Below are positions 40,201 through 49,785 of a DNA stretch of 64,000 nucleotides, one piece after another. This DNA comes from Alphaproteobacteria bacterium (lineage in GTDB: Bacteria; Pseudomonadota; Alphaproteobacteria; RF32; CAG-239): positions 3,008-67,007 of the forward strand of contig JAGBLF010000026.1 in assembly GCA_017635595.1 (NCBI GenBank). Reading direction: 5' to 3'. Within the stretch, counting starts at the first letter, position 1. Every line of letters starts with the position of its first letter. A model generated the notes under the pieces. It saw only the letters and a list, made by a program, of their open reading frames with translations, was not told the DNA's origin and made no database searches. The translations under genes and the position numbers were made by a program.

Positions 40201-40827
40201 ATGAAAATTTTGATTGCGGACGACCATGCCTTGTTTCGTGACGGCCTGGCTATACGGCTTGAACAAATTTTGCCCGATGCAACCATATCTCAAGCCGGCG
40301 GATATTCACAGGTTTTGAAAAACTTAAGAGAAATCCCGCCCGTCGACTTGCTTATAATGGATGTTGAAATGCAAGATATGCCGTGGTTAGAAGCCTTAAA
40401 GCAAATAAGAGAGTTGGCTCCGCAAACCAAAATAATTGTTATTTCTGCCTCCGAAGACAGCCGCACCATCCGCACCATTCTGGCATCAGGTGTCAAGGGC
40501 TATATTCCAAAACGATCGGAAGTTAAAGTATTCAATAATGCCGTAAAATTAGTGATTGATGGAGGAACATACGTCCCGCCCGATTTACTTGATAGTGCAC
40601 CCGTTAACAATTTAAGCGGCCGCAGCGGCGGTGTAAAAATGCTGACAAACAGACAATTTCAGGTGCTTGACCTGATTGCTCAGGGAAAATCAAATAAGCA
40701 AATTGCCTATGATATGGGGGTTTCCGAATCGACGGTCAAATTACATATCAACGCTCTGTTACGCTCATTGCATGTGACAAATCGCACACAGGCCGTTGTT
40801 ACCGCGCAAAAAATCGGGCTTATTTAG
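40201..40827 (+). CDS. NarL/LuxR-type two-component response regulator
   Basis: Receiver domain (ILIADDH...DLLIMDVEM) plus a LuxR HTH (LTNRQFQVLDLIAQGKSNKQIAYDMGVSESTVKLH). No adjacent histidine kinase. Confidence 0.85.
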   Translation: MKILIADDHALFRDGLAIRLEQILPDATISQAGGYSQVLKNLREIPPVDLLIMDVEMQDMPWLEALKQIRELAPQTKIIVISASEDSRTIRTILASGVKGYIPKRSEVKVFNNAVKLVIDGGTYVPPDLLDSAPVNNLSGRSGGVKMLTNRQFQVLDLIAQGKSNKQIAYDMGVSESTVKLHINALLRSLHVTNRTQAVVTAQKIGLI

Positions 40828-41899
40828 CAGCTTTGTCTTCTTGATCTTTTTTGGATTTCAACTGACCGCAGGCGGCTAAAATATCCTGTCCGCGAGCTAC
40901 CCGAACCGGCGCGGCAAATCCGGCCTTTTCCAACTCGGCGGCAAACACGCGCACCCTGTTGTTCGAACTCGGCTGAAAAGCACACCCCGGCCACGGATTA
41001 AACGGGATCAAATTAAACGTGGCACGCAGCTGGTATTTTTTCATTAAAGCGATGAGTTCGCGCGCACATTCTAAAGTATCATTCAGTTGATTGAGCAATA
41101 AATACTCGAAAGTTATATACCGGCTGCCGTCATTGCCCTGATATTCCCGACAAGCCGAAAGTACTTCTTCAAGCGGATATTTATCATTAATCGGCATAAT
41201 TTGCGAGCGCAACTTATTATTCGGCGCGTGCAGTGAAACCGCAAGACGAACACCGGTTTCTTTTAGGGCACGAACAATATTCGGCGCAATACCTGATGTC
41301 GACATTGTAACGCGCCGCCGTGAAATGGCTATACCGTCGCCGTCTGTCAAAATATTTAAGGCTTTTATCGTGTTTTCGATATTATGCAGAGGCTCACCCA
41401 TTCCCATCACGACAATATTGGAAAGATAGCGTGTTTCATTGGTCGGGCTCGGCCATTCTTTATATGTATCGCGTGCCACCATAAACTGACTGACAATCTC
41501 CGCGGTCGTTAAGTTGCGTGTCAACTTCTGACTGCCGGTGTGGCAGAATTTGCAGCCCACCGCACAACCAACCTGTGTTGAAATGCAAACGGCGCCCCTA
41601 TCCTCTTCAGGTATGTAAACCATTTCAACACGCTGGCCGTCGGCAAATTCCAACAACCATTTGCGGGTTTTATCGCTTGAAAGCTGCTCGGTCACAATTT
41701 TAGGGCGGGTAATCGTAAAGTTATCGGCTAATTTTTGGCGCAAAACCTTTGAAAGATTGCTCATCTTTTCGAAATCGGTCTCGCCGAAATAATACAGCCA
41801 TTGCCACAGCTGTTTTGCACGAAAAGGCTTTTCACCGATATCGGTTAAAGCCTTTTGCAATTCTTCTTTACTTAAGCCTATGAGTTCTGTTTTGGCCAT
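40820..41899 (-). CDS. rlmN: 23S rRNA/tRNA A-C2 methyltransferase RlmN (radical SAM)
   Basis: FRAKQLWQWLY N-terminus, radical SAM CAVGCKFCHTG and GMGEPL. Confidence 0.9.
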   Translation of the reverse strand: MAKTELIGLSKEELQKALTDIGEKPFRAKQLWQWLYYFGETDFEKMSNLSKVLRQKLADNFTITRPKIVTEQLSSDKTRKWLLEFADGQRVEMVYIPEEDRGAVCISTQVGCAVGCKFCHTGSQKLTRNLTTAEIVSQFMVARDTYKEWPSPTNETRYLSNIVVMGMGEPLHNIENTIKALNILTDGDGIAISRRRVTMSTSGIAPNIVRALKETGVRLAVSLHAPNNKLRSQIMPINDKYPLEEVLSACREYQGNDGSRYITFEYLLLNQLNDTLECARELIALMKKYQLRATFNLIPFNPWPGCAFQPSSNNRVRVFAAELEKAGFAAPVRVARGQDILAACGQLKSKKDQEDKAAK

Positions 41900-41901
41900 T
41901 A

Positions 41902-42411
41902 TTATTTTTTCTTACATTTAGCTGAAATTGCCTGATAAGCTGCCGAGAAACCTTTTAACGAATAGGTATCTTTGGTAGCCGTACCGCGGCTCGATTTACC
42001 ATCAACAATCATCCGATCACCGCGTTTCATAGCCGCAATCAATCGACGGTCTTCACTATCGTTAACCATCCAGCCTTTGTCCCCTTGGGTAAAGGTTTTA
42101 TTGAACGTTTCTTTGCCGATTTTTACCGTCAACGGTGCTTTAGTATCAAAATTATAGCCGGCAACAAATGTTGCGACATCAAATGTTTTTTCGGCAGGAC
42201 GGTGCGCAATTTGTATGTAGATATCGCCGCGTTTTGTATATTTGCCCTCATCCTTTTTCGGAAAAGAGGATATATAGCACATCATATTACCGTTTTCATT
42301 ATAAACCCATGCCGTCCAATCACCATATTCTCCGAGAGCTTTCGGTTGCTCGGCAGCTTGAGCTGCCGTTGAAATCAGAAGACCGCAAATAACCAATAAA
42401 TATTTAAACAT
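41902..42411 (-). CDS. Invasion-associated locus B (IalB)-like periplasmic protein
   Basis: Signal peptide, W..W......C pattern and a terminal Cys, matching the size and layout of the alphaproteobacterial IalB family. Lies upstream of rlmN in the same operon. Confidence 0.65.
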   Translation of the reverse strand: MFKYLLVICGLLISTAAQAAEQPKALGEYGDWTAWVYNENGNMMCYISSFPKKDEGKYTKRGDIYIQIAHRPAEKTFDVATFVAGYNFDTKAPLTVKIGKETFNKTFTQGDKGWMVNDSEDRRLIAAMKRGDRMIVDGKSSRGTATKDTYSLKGFSAAYQAISAKCKKK

Positions 42412-42487
42412 CTTATTTTCCTTTTTTATTAAATTTTGCTTGGATTATATAAAAAATTTATATATAAACTATTAAGATTTAATAAAA

Positions 42488-43723
42488 ATGCAAAGGATTT
42501 TTAACCTTATGTTTAAATCAAATTATCTGGATACATCAAAACTCTTGCGTACATCACACATTGTTAAGCTGTTCAATGCTGTGGAAGATCACGGAGGCAT
42601 AATCCGTTTTGTCGGCGGTGCCGTGCGTGATACCATTGCCGGTTTAAGTAATTTTGACCTGGATTTAGCGACCGATTTATCGCCGGACGAACTGGTGGAA
42701 GCTTGTCAAGACTATGGTCTTAAAACGACTCCCATCGGCTTAAAACTTGGGACCATCGGTGTTGTTATCGATAATCAGATTATTGAGGTTTCATCCTTGC
42801 GCCGTCGTATCAAAACAACAGGAAAACAAGCCGAATACGAATATACCGATGACTGGAGTGCTGATGCTTCGCGCCGCGATTTGACCATTAATGCCGTATA
42901 TGCCGATTTAGACGGCAATGTTTTTGATTATTATGACGGAATTCATGATTTGGAAAATGGTGTTATCCGTTTTATCGGCGATCCGGAAGAACGAATCCAA
43001 GAAGACTATTTGCGTATTATGCGTTTTTTCCGTTTTTATTCGCTTTTCGGTAAAGGTGAACCCGATACAGAATCACTGGCAGCCTGCATTAAATACAAAA
43101 ACAAATTGCGCACGGTTGCCATTGAACGTGTGCGTGACGAGTTGTTTAAGTTGCTTGTTACACCGAATATTACACAAACCATGCGCCTTATTTATGATAA
43201 TGATATTTTGAGCTTCTTTTTGCCGAAATCACGGCATCTGGATGCTTTGCAACGCTTAACAAAAGTTGTGGAAGATGCCAAATATGAAGGTAATTTTTTA
43301 CGCCGCTTATTTGTATTGTATCAACCTAACGCCGCGTTTGCCGAAAAAATTGCCAATTCATTGCGCCTGACGAAAAAGCAAAAGGAAGACTTTGTCCGTT
43401 GGGCTAAAATCGAACTTTCAGAAGACAATGTCTTATCCGCAAATGACAGATTGCGCTTTGTTTATCGCTATGGTAAGCAATTCTGTATTGATAAAATTTT
43501 GCTGACAATTGCTATTCATAATCTGTCTGTTCCGAATTTGAATATTCTGCTGAAAGAAATTGAAAATTACATTGTTCCTATTTTCCCGTTGCACGGTCGC
43601 GATTTGGTTAATCTCGGCATTACCGACAACCGCAAAATCGGGCAAATACTCGGGTTTCTCGAGCAACGCTGGATGGATAGCAATTTTACGTTAACACGTG
43701 ATGAATTGCTGAACGAAGTGTAA
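42488..43723 (+). CDS. cca: CCA-adding enzyme / poly(A) polymerase family nucleotidyltransferase
   Basis: FVGGAVRD, DLDLAT and RRDLTINA head-domain motifs. Confidence 0.8.
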   Translation: MQRIFNLMFKSNYLDTSKLLRTSHIVKLFNAVEDHGGIIRFVGGAVRDTIAGLSNFDLDLATDLSPDELVEACQDYGLKTTPIGLKLGTIGVVIDNQIIEVSSLRRRIKTTGKQAEYEYTDDWSADASRRDLTINAVYADLDGNVFDYYDGIHDLENGVIRFIGDPEERIQEDYLRIMRFFRFYSLFGKGEPDTESLAACIKYKNKLRTVAIERVRDELFKLLVTPNITQTMRLIYDNDILSFFLPKSRHLDALQRLTKVVEDAKYEGNFLRRLFVLYQPNAAFAEKIANSLRLTKKQKEDFVRWAKIELSEDNVLSANDRLRFVYRYGKQFCIDKILLTIAIHNLSVPNLNILLKEIENYIVPIFPLHGRDLVNLGITDNRKIGQILGFLEQRWMDSNFTLTRDELLNEV

Positions 43724-43725
43724 TC

Positions 43726-44163
43726 TTAAAAATACATTTTTACCTTATTGCCTGTACTGCGGCAATCACCACCGCCGTTGATTTCGACCTTGCGCGCATT
43801 CCATTCCGGATTTTTGCATGAAAAGCAGGTTTGACCGTCTATATTACTTAATTCAATATAGTATTGCCCGCCGGCGGCCGGTCCGACATCCCACGTTATG
43901 CCCCGTAATCCCTCAAAATTCAGCACATCTTTACTTAAACCGGTATAATTACCCATAAATGTGATTTGAATTTGCGCATTCAGCATAGCTAAATCTTGTA
44001 TTAATTGCACGCGCCCTAAGGCTTGTTGCATTTGTCCGACTCCGCGATAACTGCCTTGCGTTAAAGCACCGTCAACCGCCATCGAGCCCAATACATCGGC
44101 CATTTGAGCCTCGGCATTACCGCATAAAAATACAGCCGTTAAAATCATTAAATATTTTTTCAT
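43726..44163 (-). CDS. Small secreted protein with pilin-like globular domain (by eye)
   Basis: Sec signal MKKYLMILTAVFLCGNAEA followed by LNAQIQITFMGNYTGLS ... QYYIELSNIDGQTCFSC ... C..., ending in YF. Starts 2 nt after the ROK gene stop. Confidence 0.6.
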   Translation of the reverse strand: MKKYLMILTAVFLCGNAEAQMADVLGSMAVDGALTQGSYRGVGQMQQALGRVQLIQDLAMLNAQIQITFMGNYTGLSKDVLNFEGLRGITWDVGPAAGGQYYIELSNIDGQTCFSCKNPEWNARKVEINGGGDCRSTGNKVKMYF

Positions 44164-44164
44164 A

Positions 44165-44968
44165 TTACTTTCCTTTCATTTTTTCGGCACACAAAAGCGC
44201 GGCCCCGATTAAACCGGCATTTGTCCCGCACTCGGCCGTTTTGACTGTCGGCGGATTATGATGTTCTAAAATTTTCAAAGCCGTATTGATTTTGGCGTAG
44301 TCCACAATTTTGGAAACACTGCCCGACAGCGCAAACATCTCAACATCCAGCAAGCGATTAAGCATACTCATGGCATCGAGTATACGCTCTTCCCACAGAC
44401 GATAAATCGTCCGAGCCGCTTCATTACCCTGTTTGACCTGTTGCAAAATTTCAAAGCAATCTATTTGTTCTAACTTGTGCTCTCGCGCCAGTTTTTGCAG
44501 TGCCCTACCCGAAAAATCAAACTGATATTCGCCGGCTGCTCCCGTTTTACCGCGCACAATTTGCCCGTTGCAAATAATGCCGCAACCGACATCGGTTCCT
44601 AAGGTCAGCATCACACCATAGTTAACGCCCCTTAACGCTCCGATACGCCACTCGGCATACAACGCCGATGTTGCATCATTTTCGACAATATATGGCGCGC
44701 CGAATAAAGCGGCAAAATCGATTTTTTCGTAGCCTGCCGGCAGATTATTCGGTTTTCCCTGCAGATGATTATTAAAAACGACTCCGGCTGTTGCCACCGC
44801 GAATCCGTCAACCTGATGTTCAGCAACCGTTTTTTTGAAAAAATCTTCAATTTCGGTAGCATTTTGCGGTGTTGGTATCGAGCAAACCTCCGAAAGCAGT
44901 GTTCCGCTTTCATCAACAATTCCCCAAGCGATTTTTGTACCGCCGACATCAAACGATAGTATCTTCAT
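44165..44968 (-). CDS. ROK family sugar kinase
   Basis: MKILSFDVGGTKIAWGIV N-terminal ATP-binding motif and an ENDA block. Lacks an obvious zinc Cys cluster. Confidence 0.75.
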   Translation of the reverse strand: MKILSFDVGGTKIAWGIVDESGTLLSEVCSIPTPQNATEIEDFFKKTVAEHQVDGFAVATAGVVFNNHLQGKPNNLPAGYEKIDFAALFGAPYIVENDATSALYAEWRIGALRGVNYGVMLTLGTDVGCGIICNGQIVRGKTGAAGEYQFDFSGRALQKLAREHKLEQIDCFEILQQVKQGNEAARTIYRLWEERILDAMSMLNRLLDVEMFALSGSVSKIVDYAKINTALKILEHHNPPTVKTAECGTNAGLIGAALLCAEKMKGK

Positions 44969-45026
44969 CGTTCATTCTCCTTGTGAATATACTAAAACAT
45001 AAATTTAATCATTGGCAACAAAAAAA

Positions 45027-45048
45027 CACTCCCGTTTGTACGGAAGTG
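45027..45048 (-). terminator. Terminator after the 1450-aa gene
   Basis: cactcccg (45027-45034) / cggaagtg (45041-45048) with one mismatch, flanked by an A-run and a T-run. Confidence 0.55.
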
Positions 45049-45078
45049 TTTTTTACGGTTTAAGAAAAGATAATTAAA

Positions 45079-48000
45079 TTATTCTCCCATACCTCCTCTT
45101 TTCTTCGGATTAGGCATCGGCCCGGTCTTACCATCTTTAACACCTCTACCTTTATTTGAGGTCTGTCCTGCAACTTTGCCGGTACCGACATCAAATCTGC
45201 CGCTGGACGGACGCTTACCGTATTTATCATCCTGTGAACGACCGGTCGAATTATCGTGCGCTGCCGTTACCCGACCTCTGTCTGCACCATTACTCAAAGC
45301 AAAAGTAACAAACTTAGTAAACTTCTGCAAAGTCATATGGTTGCGCGGTAAGTCTTGACCATTAAATGACAAGTTGGTTTGGAACATATCTTGTCTGGCC
45401 TGAGCTGTTGCCTCTTTACCTTTTTTGGTTTCATGATAACCTTTGGTTTCAGCCAACCGATCAATGGTTGTAGCCAAAGCTTTGTCGTATGTTGCTTTAC
45501 GTTCGGTAATGTAATCGACCAAATTATCTGCCTTTGTCTTACCGGCTTCACGATCGGCTTTAAGTTCTTCCATAACGAGTTTTTTGTAAGCAATTTCTTC
45601 TGCCTGAGTCGGCTCAATACCATAGACGATTTTAAACTCATCGGCCAACAGATTTTTAACATCCATTTCCGGTGGAATGTATTTCTTCTTCGGCTTCGGA
45701 TCCGGTGTCGGCGTCTGGGTCGGAGTCTGGGTCGGTTTTGGCTTAAAGACACTGAATAATCTGTCGGCAATGGCACCGGCACGTTTTCTCATACCGCCGA
45801 ACATACCTTTAACCGGTTCCCAATAACCTGCCCCCCATAACTTATGACCCTGAACAATGTCACCCGGAATATTTTCACCAGGTACCGTCGTTACATGTGT
45901 TCCTGCACTCCAACCGGCTTCAGCATCAGCATTATACGACTGTACCGGACTGGCATTAGGACCTGTACCGAATAATGTAAGTTTACCGGCATGATTAAAT
46001 AACGAACCATCCGCCCTTGGCGCATCATCAATTTGTCCACCAACGACATTTTCAATTTTGCCCAACATATCGGCAAGACCCGCCGGATTGGATGATTTTC
46101 CGGTTGATACAATTTCTCTTAAAGCATCCATATAGTTCATTGTAGAACCATCAGGTGCCTTAAATGATAAGTAATCACCGACTGTCGTTCCGGCCGGCAG
46201 ATGATGTGCTGCCGCAAATGCAGGGTCAACCGGTGCATTCGGGTTCGGAGCCAAGTAGGCCAATTGCTCAAACTTATATCCCAACATATCGGTATTCATA
46301 ACAAAGCTAGGATTTTTCGGGTCATTAGCAATATCAGTAAAAAATGCCTTATCATCACCGGTTGCATGAATGGCACTTTCAATACCGGCTCGTAAATTTG
46401 TTACCGCATCGGCAGATACTTTATTCGGATCTGCACTATCTTGCAAATCATGAGCAACATGGAACTTATTTAAGAATTCACTGTATCTCGGATCATCAAG
46501 ACGATTGGTTGCATGTGCTCTCTCTGTTTCGGAATAGTCATGTGAAGTCGGTCCGGCTTTTTCTTGATCCGGCGTACTCGTACCATCTTTTTGATAAGAA
46601 GGTGTTACACCCAGCAACGAGCCGACATAGCTACCGGCAGCCCCACCAAGAGCGATAGCCGAACCTTTCTTAACCGCTTGCCAAAAAGCTTTACCCGCGG
46701 ATAAGCCATGCGCCTTGGCATCTTTATACGTACCATAACCGGCTACAAGCAAACAGCCGACGCCTAACGCTGTTGCTGCCGGAATATTACCGGTCATCAA
46801 ACAAGCACCAGCGGCAAATCCGAGTGCAGAAGCTGTATTTGTTGTTGCATACGGTTGTTTGAAGCAAAATTCCTTAAATTTCGGTTTCTGACCGGCAGCT
46901 TTGGCCTCTTTCTTATAGTTTTGGTAATTCATATACACACCGACAGCAGCCATCGCCATACTGGTTACACCGGCAACATAAGGTAAAGCAGCCGTTACCG
47001 CAGCTGCCGGAGTCGCACTGGTCAAACCTAATGCACAAGCAGCTTTAACGCCACCGACAGTCACACCGTAAGTTGCCAATTTTTGTCCCAAGCTGGCGGC
47101 AAATGTCCATCCTGCTGTTTTCAACCAATTTACGTTGAACTCACCATCATTACCGAAACGAGTTGCAGCACGCGGATCATACTTGGCAATCGGCTGATGC
47201 ATCCGTTTTAACATATCATCTTTAGGGCCGGAAACTTTACTGATTCGGCTGATTGCGCCCATCGTATCGTTCACCGACAATTTGATTGCTGCATCAGCGC
47301 CTTGTTTTGAGATATTCAGCGGACGATTCGGATCCATCATACGTGTTTTGAATTCTTCTAAGAATTTCGGATCCGTATAGCGGTCATGTCTTTCGATAGC
47401 CTTTCTGACATTATTTTCGGCACCGTCCCAAGCAAAAGCCTGCATTTTAACTCTGTTAGCAAATTCCGTTTGTAAATCATCATCCGATAATGATTTAACG
47501 TCTGCGGCAACATGCGAAATGATTGTATTGTTGCGAGCCAAATCGACCATGGCTTCCAGTTGGCTACCCGGCTTGATTTCAAAACCTTTCTGCCATGTTA
47601 CGGATTCTTCGTTGGTTTCCGGATTTATAAATTGCGGAATGGCAATTTCTTCTTTGCAGTATTTATCCAACAGTGCATCAATATCGCCGTTCCCGATCAT
47701 ATCATCTTTCGGTAAATGATCCGACAGATATTGGCTGAATTCCGGTGTACGACGAATTTCTTCTTTTTCCTCCGGAGAAAATTCGTGCGTTTCATCATGG
47801 AATCTGATATTGCCGAGGAATTGCATGGTTTCATCATCTAATGTGATGTTTGCCATTCTCTTGGTTAAAGTTGTATGATTTTCACGAACCTGACCAATAT
47901 TATCTTTGGTAATATTTTCTATTCCCCAGTATTTATCATACTCCTTGATATCCGAATCTAATTTCGCGGATACGGCATCAATTTTTTGTTGTTGAGCCTC

Positions 48001-49431
48001 TTCAACATCCGGACGGCGTTTTTCAATCATTTCTTTGTAACCGTCATACACATCCGACATGTTGGTATTATCATCATAATTAAAGTAGTCACGGGTAATG
48101 TTACTTACACCTGTATAATACTGGTCGGTCAAAAAATCCATTTGAGCGCCAACGGCATCTCTTTTAGCCTGAAACGCATTTTTGGTTTCTTCATCCTTAG
48201 CTTTGGCAACTTGCTCACCGTAAACATCATAAGCTTGTGTTAAAACCGTCGGTGGAACAGAGCTGATCTTACCGGTTTCAAGCAAATGATCCATCATTGT
48301 GACGTTGAATTCTTCAATTTCTTTATCATCCAAAGATGAAATTGTTGATTGAACCGTGGCGTAAACAAGGTTTTCATCTTTCAACTGTTCTTCGGTCAGC
48401 TGTTTTTTTATTTTGCCTAAAGCATTCAAAGTATCATAACTCAGCATGTCAATGTTTGCATCATTAGCATCTGAATTCGGTGTTCTGAAGCGGCCAAAGA
48501 AGTCTTCCTCTTCTTGTTCATTTTCTTGACCGCCGCCGTTATCATTGCCGCCATTTCCGCCGTTGCCGCCATTTCCGCCGTTGCCGCCGTTATCTCTATC
48601 ATCGGTATTATCTCTGTTATTTTCATCATCGTTCGACAACATACCGATGGTTAGGGAGTCATTTTCTAGCGATTGAACACCCATAAGGTCGCTTAAGGCT
48701 TTATATTGTTCACGGAACGAATCGCTGATTTGGTAAACATCACTGCCGTAAATCTGATCATCCTTACTGTTTAAGGTAGCATCCAAATGGCTTTCAATTT
48801 CATCTTTTTCTTCAGGATGAGCGACAATATATGCATTTTTATTTCTAATAAATTCTTCAATTTCTTCTTTAGGAGCTTCGCCATATTGGTTATCGGCAAG
48901 TCTTAAAAAGTCTTCATATACAGCATCTTTATTATTAAATTTTGTTTGGACTTCAGTTTTTTTGTTATCTTTTTCTTCAGTCTCTTTGGCTGCTTTAGCT
49001 TTTTCTTCTTCCTCTATTTCACGAGCCAGGGATTCATCATGTCTTTTCTCGATATCTTCTGCTGTCACACCGCGTTCGGCCGCCGTTCTCTGAGCAATTC
49101 TTGCAAAGATTTCCTGCTCTACGGTTAGTTTATCAAAGTCTTTTCCCCAATAGGCATGAGCGAAACTGTTTAACGACTCTTTATAGGTTTCAGAATACTC
49201 TTCCGCGTTTAAAATGTTGTCTAATTCTTCTTCTGACAAATCCCCTTTTTCGCTTCGAAACATCCAATACGCAGCCATAGAATCGATAAACGCTACATTG
49301 TCTTTCGAACCTTCAGGATCTCGCTCTATGATACTCACGTGTTTTCCGAATTTATTCCGCACATATTCCTCGAACTCTTGTCTGAATTCCCCGTTACCAT
49401 CAAGCACATTTCCCTTTGTATACTTAGCCAT
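45079..49431 (-). CDS. Giant leaderless protein with central hydrophobic/glycine-zipper block (effector-like)
   Basis: 1450 aa with no signal peptide. Acidic coiled N-terminal part, (GGN)5 tract, hydrophobic Gly/Ala-rich block encoded at about 46600-47125, PTQTPTQTPTPDPKPKKK linker, and a basic Gly-rich tail ending KKRGGMGE. Confidence 0.85.
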   Translation of the reverse strand: MAKYTKGNVLDGNGEFRQEFEEYVRNKFGKHVSIIERDPEGSKDNVAFIDSMAAYWMFRSEKGDLSEEELDNILNAEEYSETYKESLNSFAHAYWGKDFDKLTVEQEIFARIAQRTAAERGVTAEDIEKRHDESLAREIEEEEKAKAAKETEEKDNKKTEVQTKFNNKDAVYEDFLRLADNQYGEAPKEEIEEFIRNKNAYIVAHPEEKDEIESHLDATLNSKDDQIYGSDVYQISDSFREQYKALSDLMGVQSLENDSLTIGMLSNDDENNRDNTDDRDNGGNGGNGGNGGNGGNDNGGGQENEQEEEDFFGRFRTPNSDANDANIDMLSYDTLNALGKIKKQLTEEQLKDENLVYATVQSTISSLDDKEIEEFNVTMMDHLLETGKISSVPPTVLTQAYDVYGEQVAKAKDEETKNAFQAKRDAVGAQMDFLTDQYYTGVSNITRDYFNYDDNTNMSDVYDGYKEMIEKRRPDVEEAQQQKIDAVSAKLDSDIKEYDKYWGIENITKDNIGQVRENHTTLTKRMANITLDDETMQFLGNIRFHDETHEFSPEEKEEIRRTPEFSQYLSDHLPKDDMIGNGDIDALLDKYCKEEIAIPQFINPETNEESVTWQKGFEIKPGSQLEAMVDLARNNTIISHVAADVKSLSDDDLQTEFANRVKMQAFAWDGAENNVRKAIERHDRYTDPKFLEEFKTRMMDPNRPLNISKQGADAAIKLSVNDTMGAISRISKVSGPKDDMLKRMHQPIAKYDPRAATRFGNDGEFNVNWLKTAGWTFAASLGQKLATYGVTVGGVKAACALGLTSATPAAAVTAALPYVAGVTSMAMAAVGVYMNYQNYKKEAKAAGQKPKFKEFCFKQPYATTNTASALGFAAGACLMTGNIPAATALGVGCLLVAGYGTYKDAKAHGLSAGKAFWQAVKKGSAIALGGAAGSYVGSLLGVTPSYQKDGTSTPDQEKAGPTSHDYSETERAHATNRLDDPRYSEFLNKFHVAHDLQDSADPNKVSADAVTNLRAGIESAIHATGDDKAFFTDIANDPKNPSFVMNTDMLGYKFEQLAYLAPNPNAPVDPAFAAAHHLPAGTTVGDYLSFKAPDGSTMNYMDALREIVSTGKSSNPAGLADMLGKIENVVGGQIDDAPRADGSLFNHAGKLTLFGTGPNASPVQSYNADAEAGWSAGTHVTTVPGENIPGDIVQGHKLWGAGYWEPVKGMFGGMRKRAGAIADRLFSVFKPKPTQTPTQTPTPDPKPKKKYIPPEMDVKNLLADEFKIVYGIEPTQAEEIAYKKLVMEELKADREAGKTKADNLVDYITERKATYDKALATTIDRLAETKGYHETKKGKEATAQARQDMFQTNLSFNGQDLPRNHMTLQKFTKFVTFALSNGADRGRVTAAHDNSTGRSQDDKYGKRPSSGRFDVGTGKVAGQTSNKGRGVKDGKTGPMPNPKKRGGMGE

Positions 49432-49785
49432 GACTTTTCTCCTAAAATAGTCTTATAATAATTGCAGTATAAATCATTTTGTCAATTTTTGCAACAATTT
49501 TTTTATAAGTCTAATACGATTTTGTTAACATTCGTTTAACACGTCTAATACACTGCTGTTTAAGACTTTTTTTGGCTTTATCCGTGTCTTTTTTCCCGCT
49601 CAAATTCAAATGGTTACATAATAAAAATTTGACATTTTTTACACAAAAAATTTTTTCATCATCATTTATTGCTTATCTTAAGCCGATTTTCCGTTATTTT
49701 TTTGTTAATTACTGCTAAAGCTTATTGATTTTCTTAGTTTTTTATCGTACACAACAACATAACGTCGTATTGTAGAATTGTACTT

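Noticed and set aside
40201-40827. Orphan LuxR-type response regulator as part of a novel system
   Set aside because: It is an ordinary NarL-family architecture. The only oddity is the 8-nt convergent overlap with rlmN and the absence of a nearby kinase, which is common.
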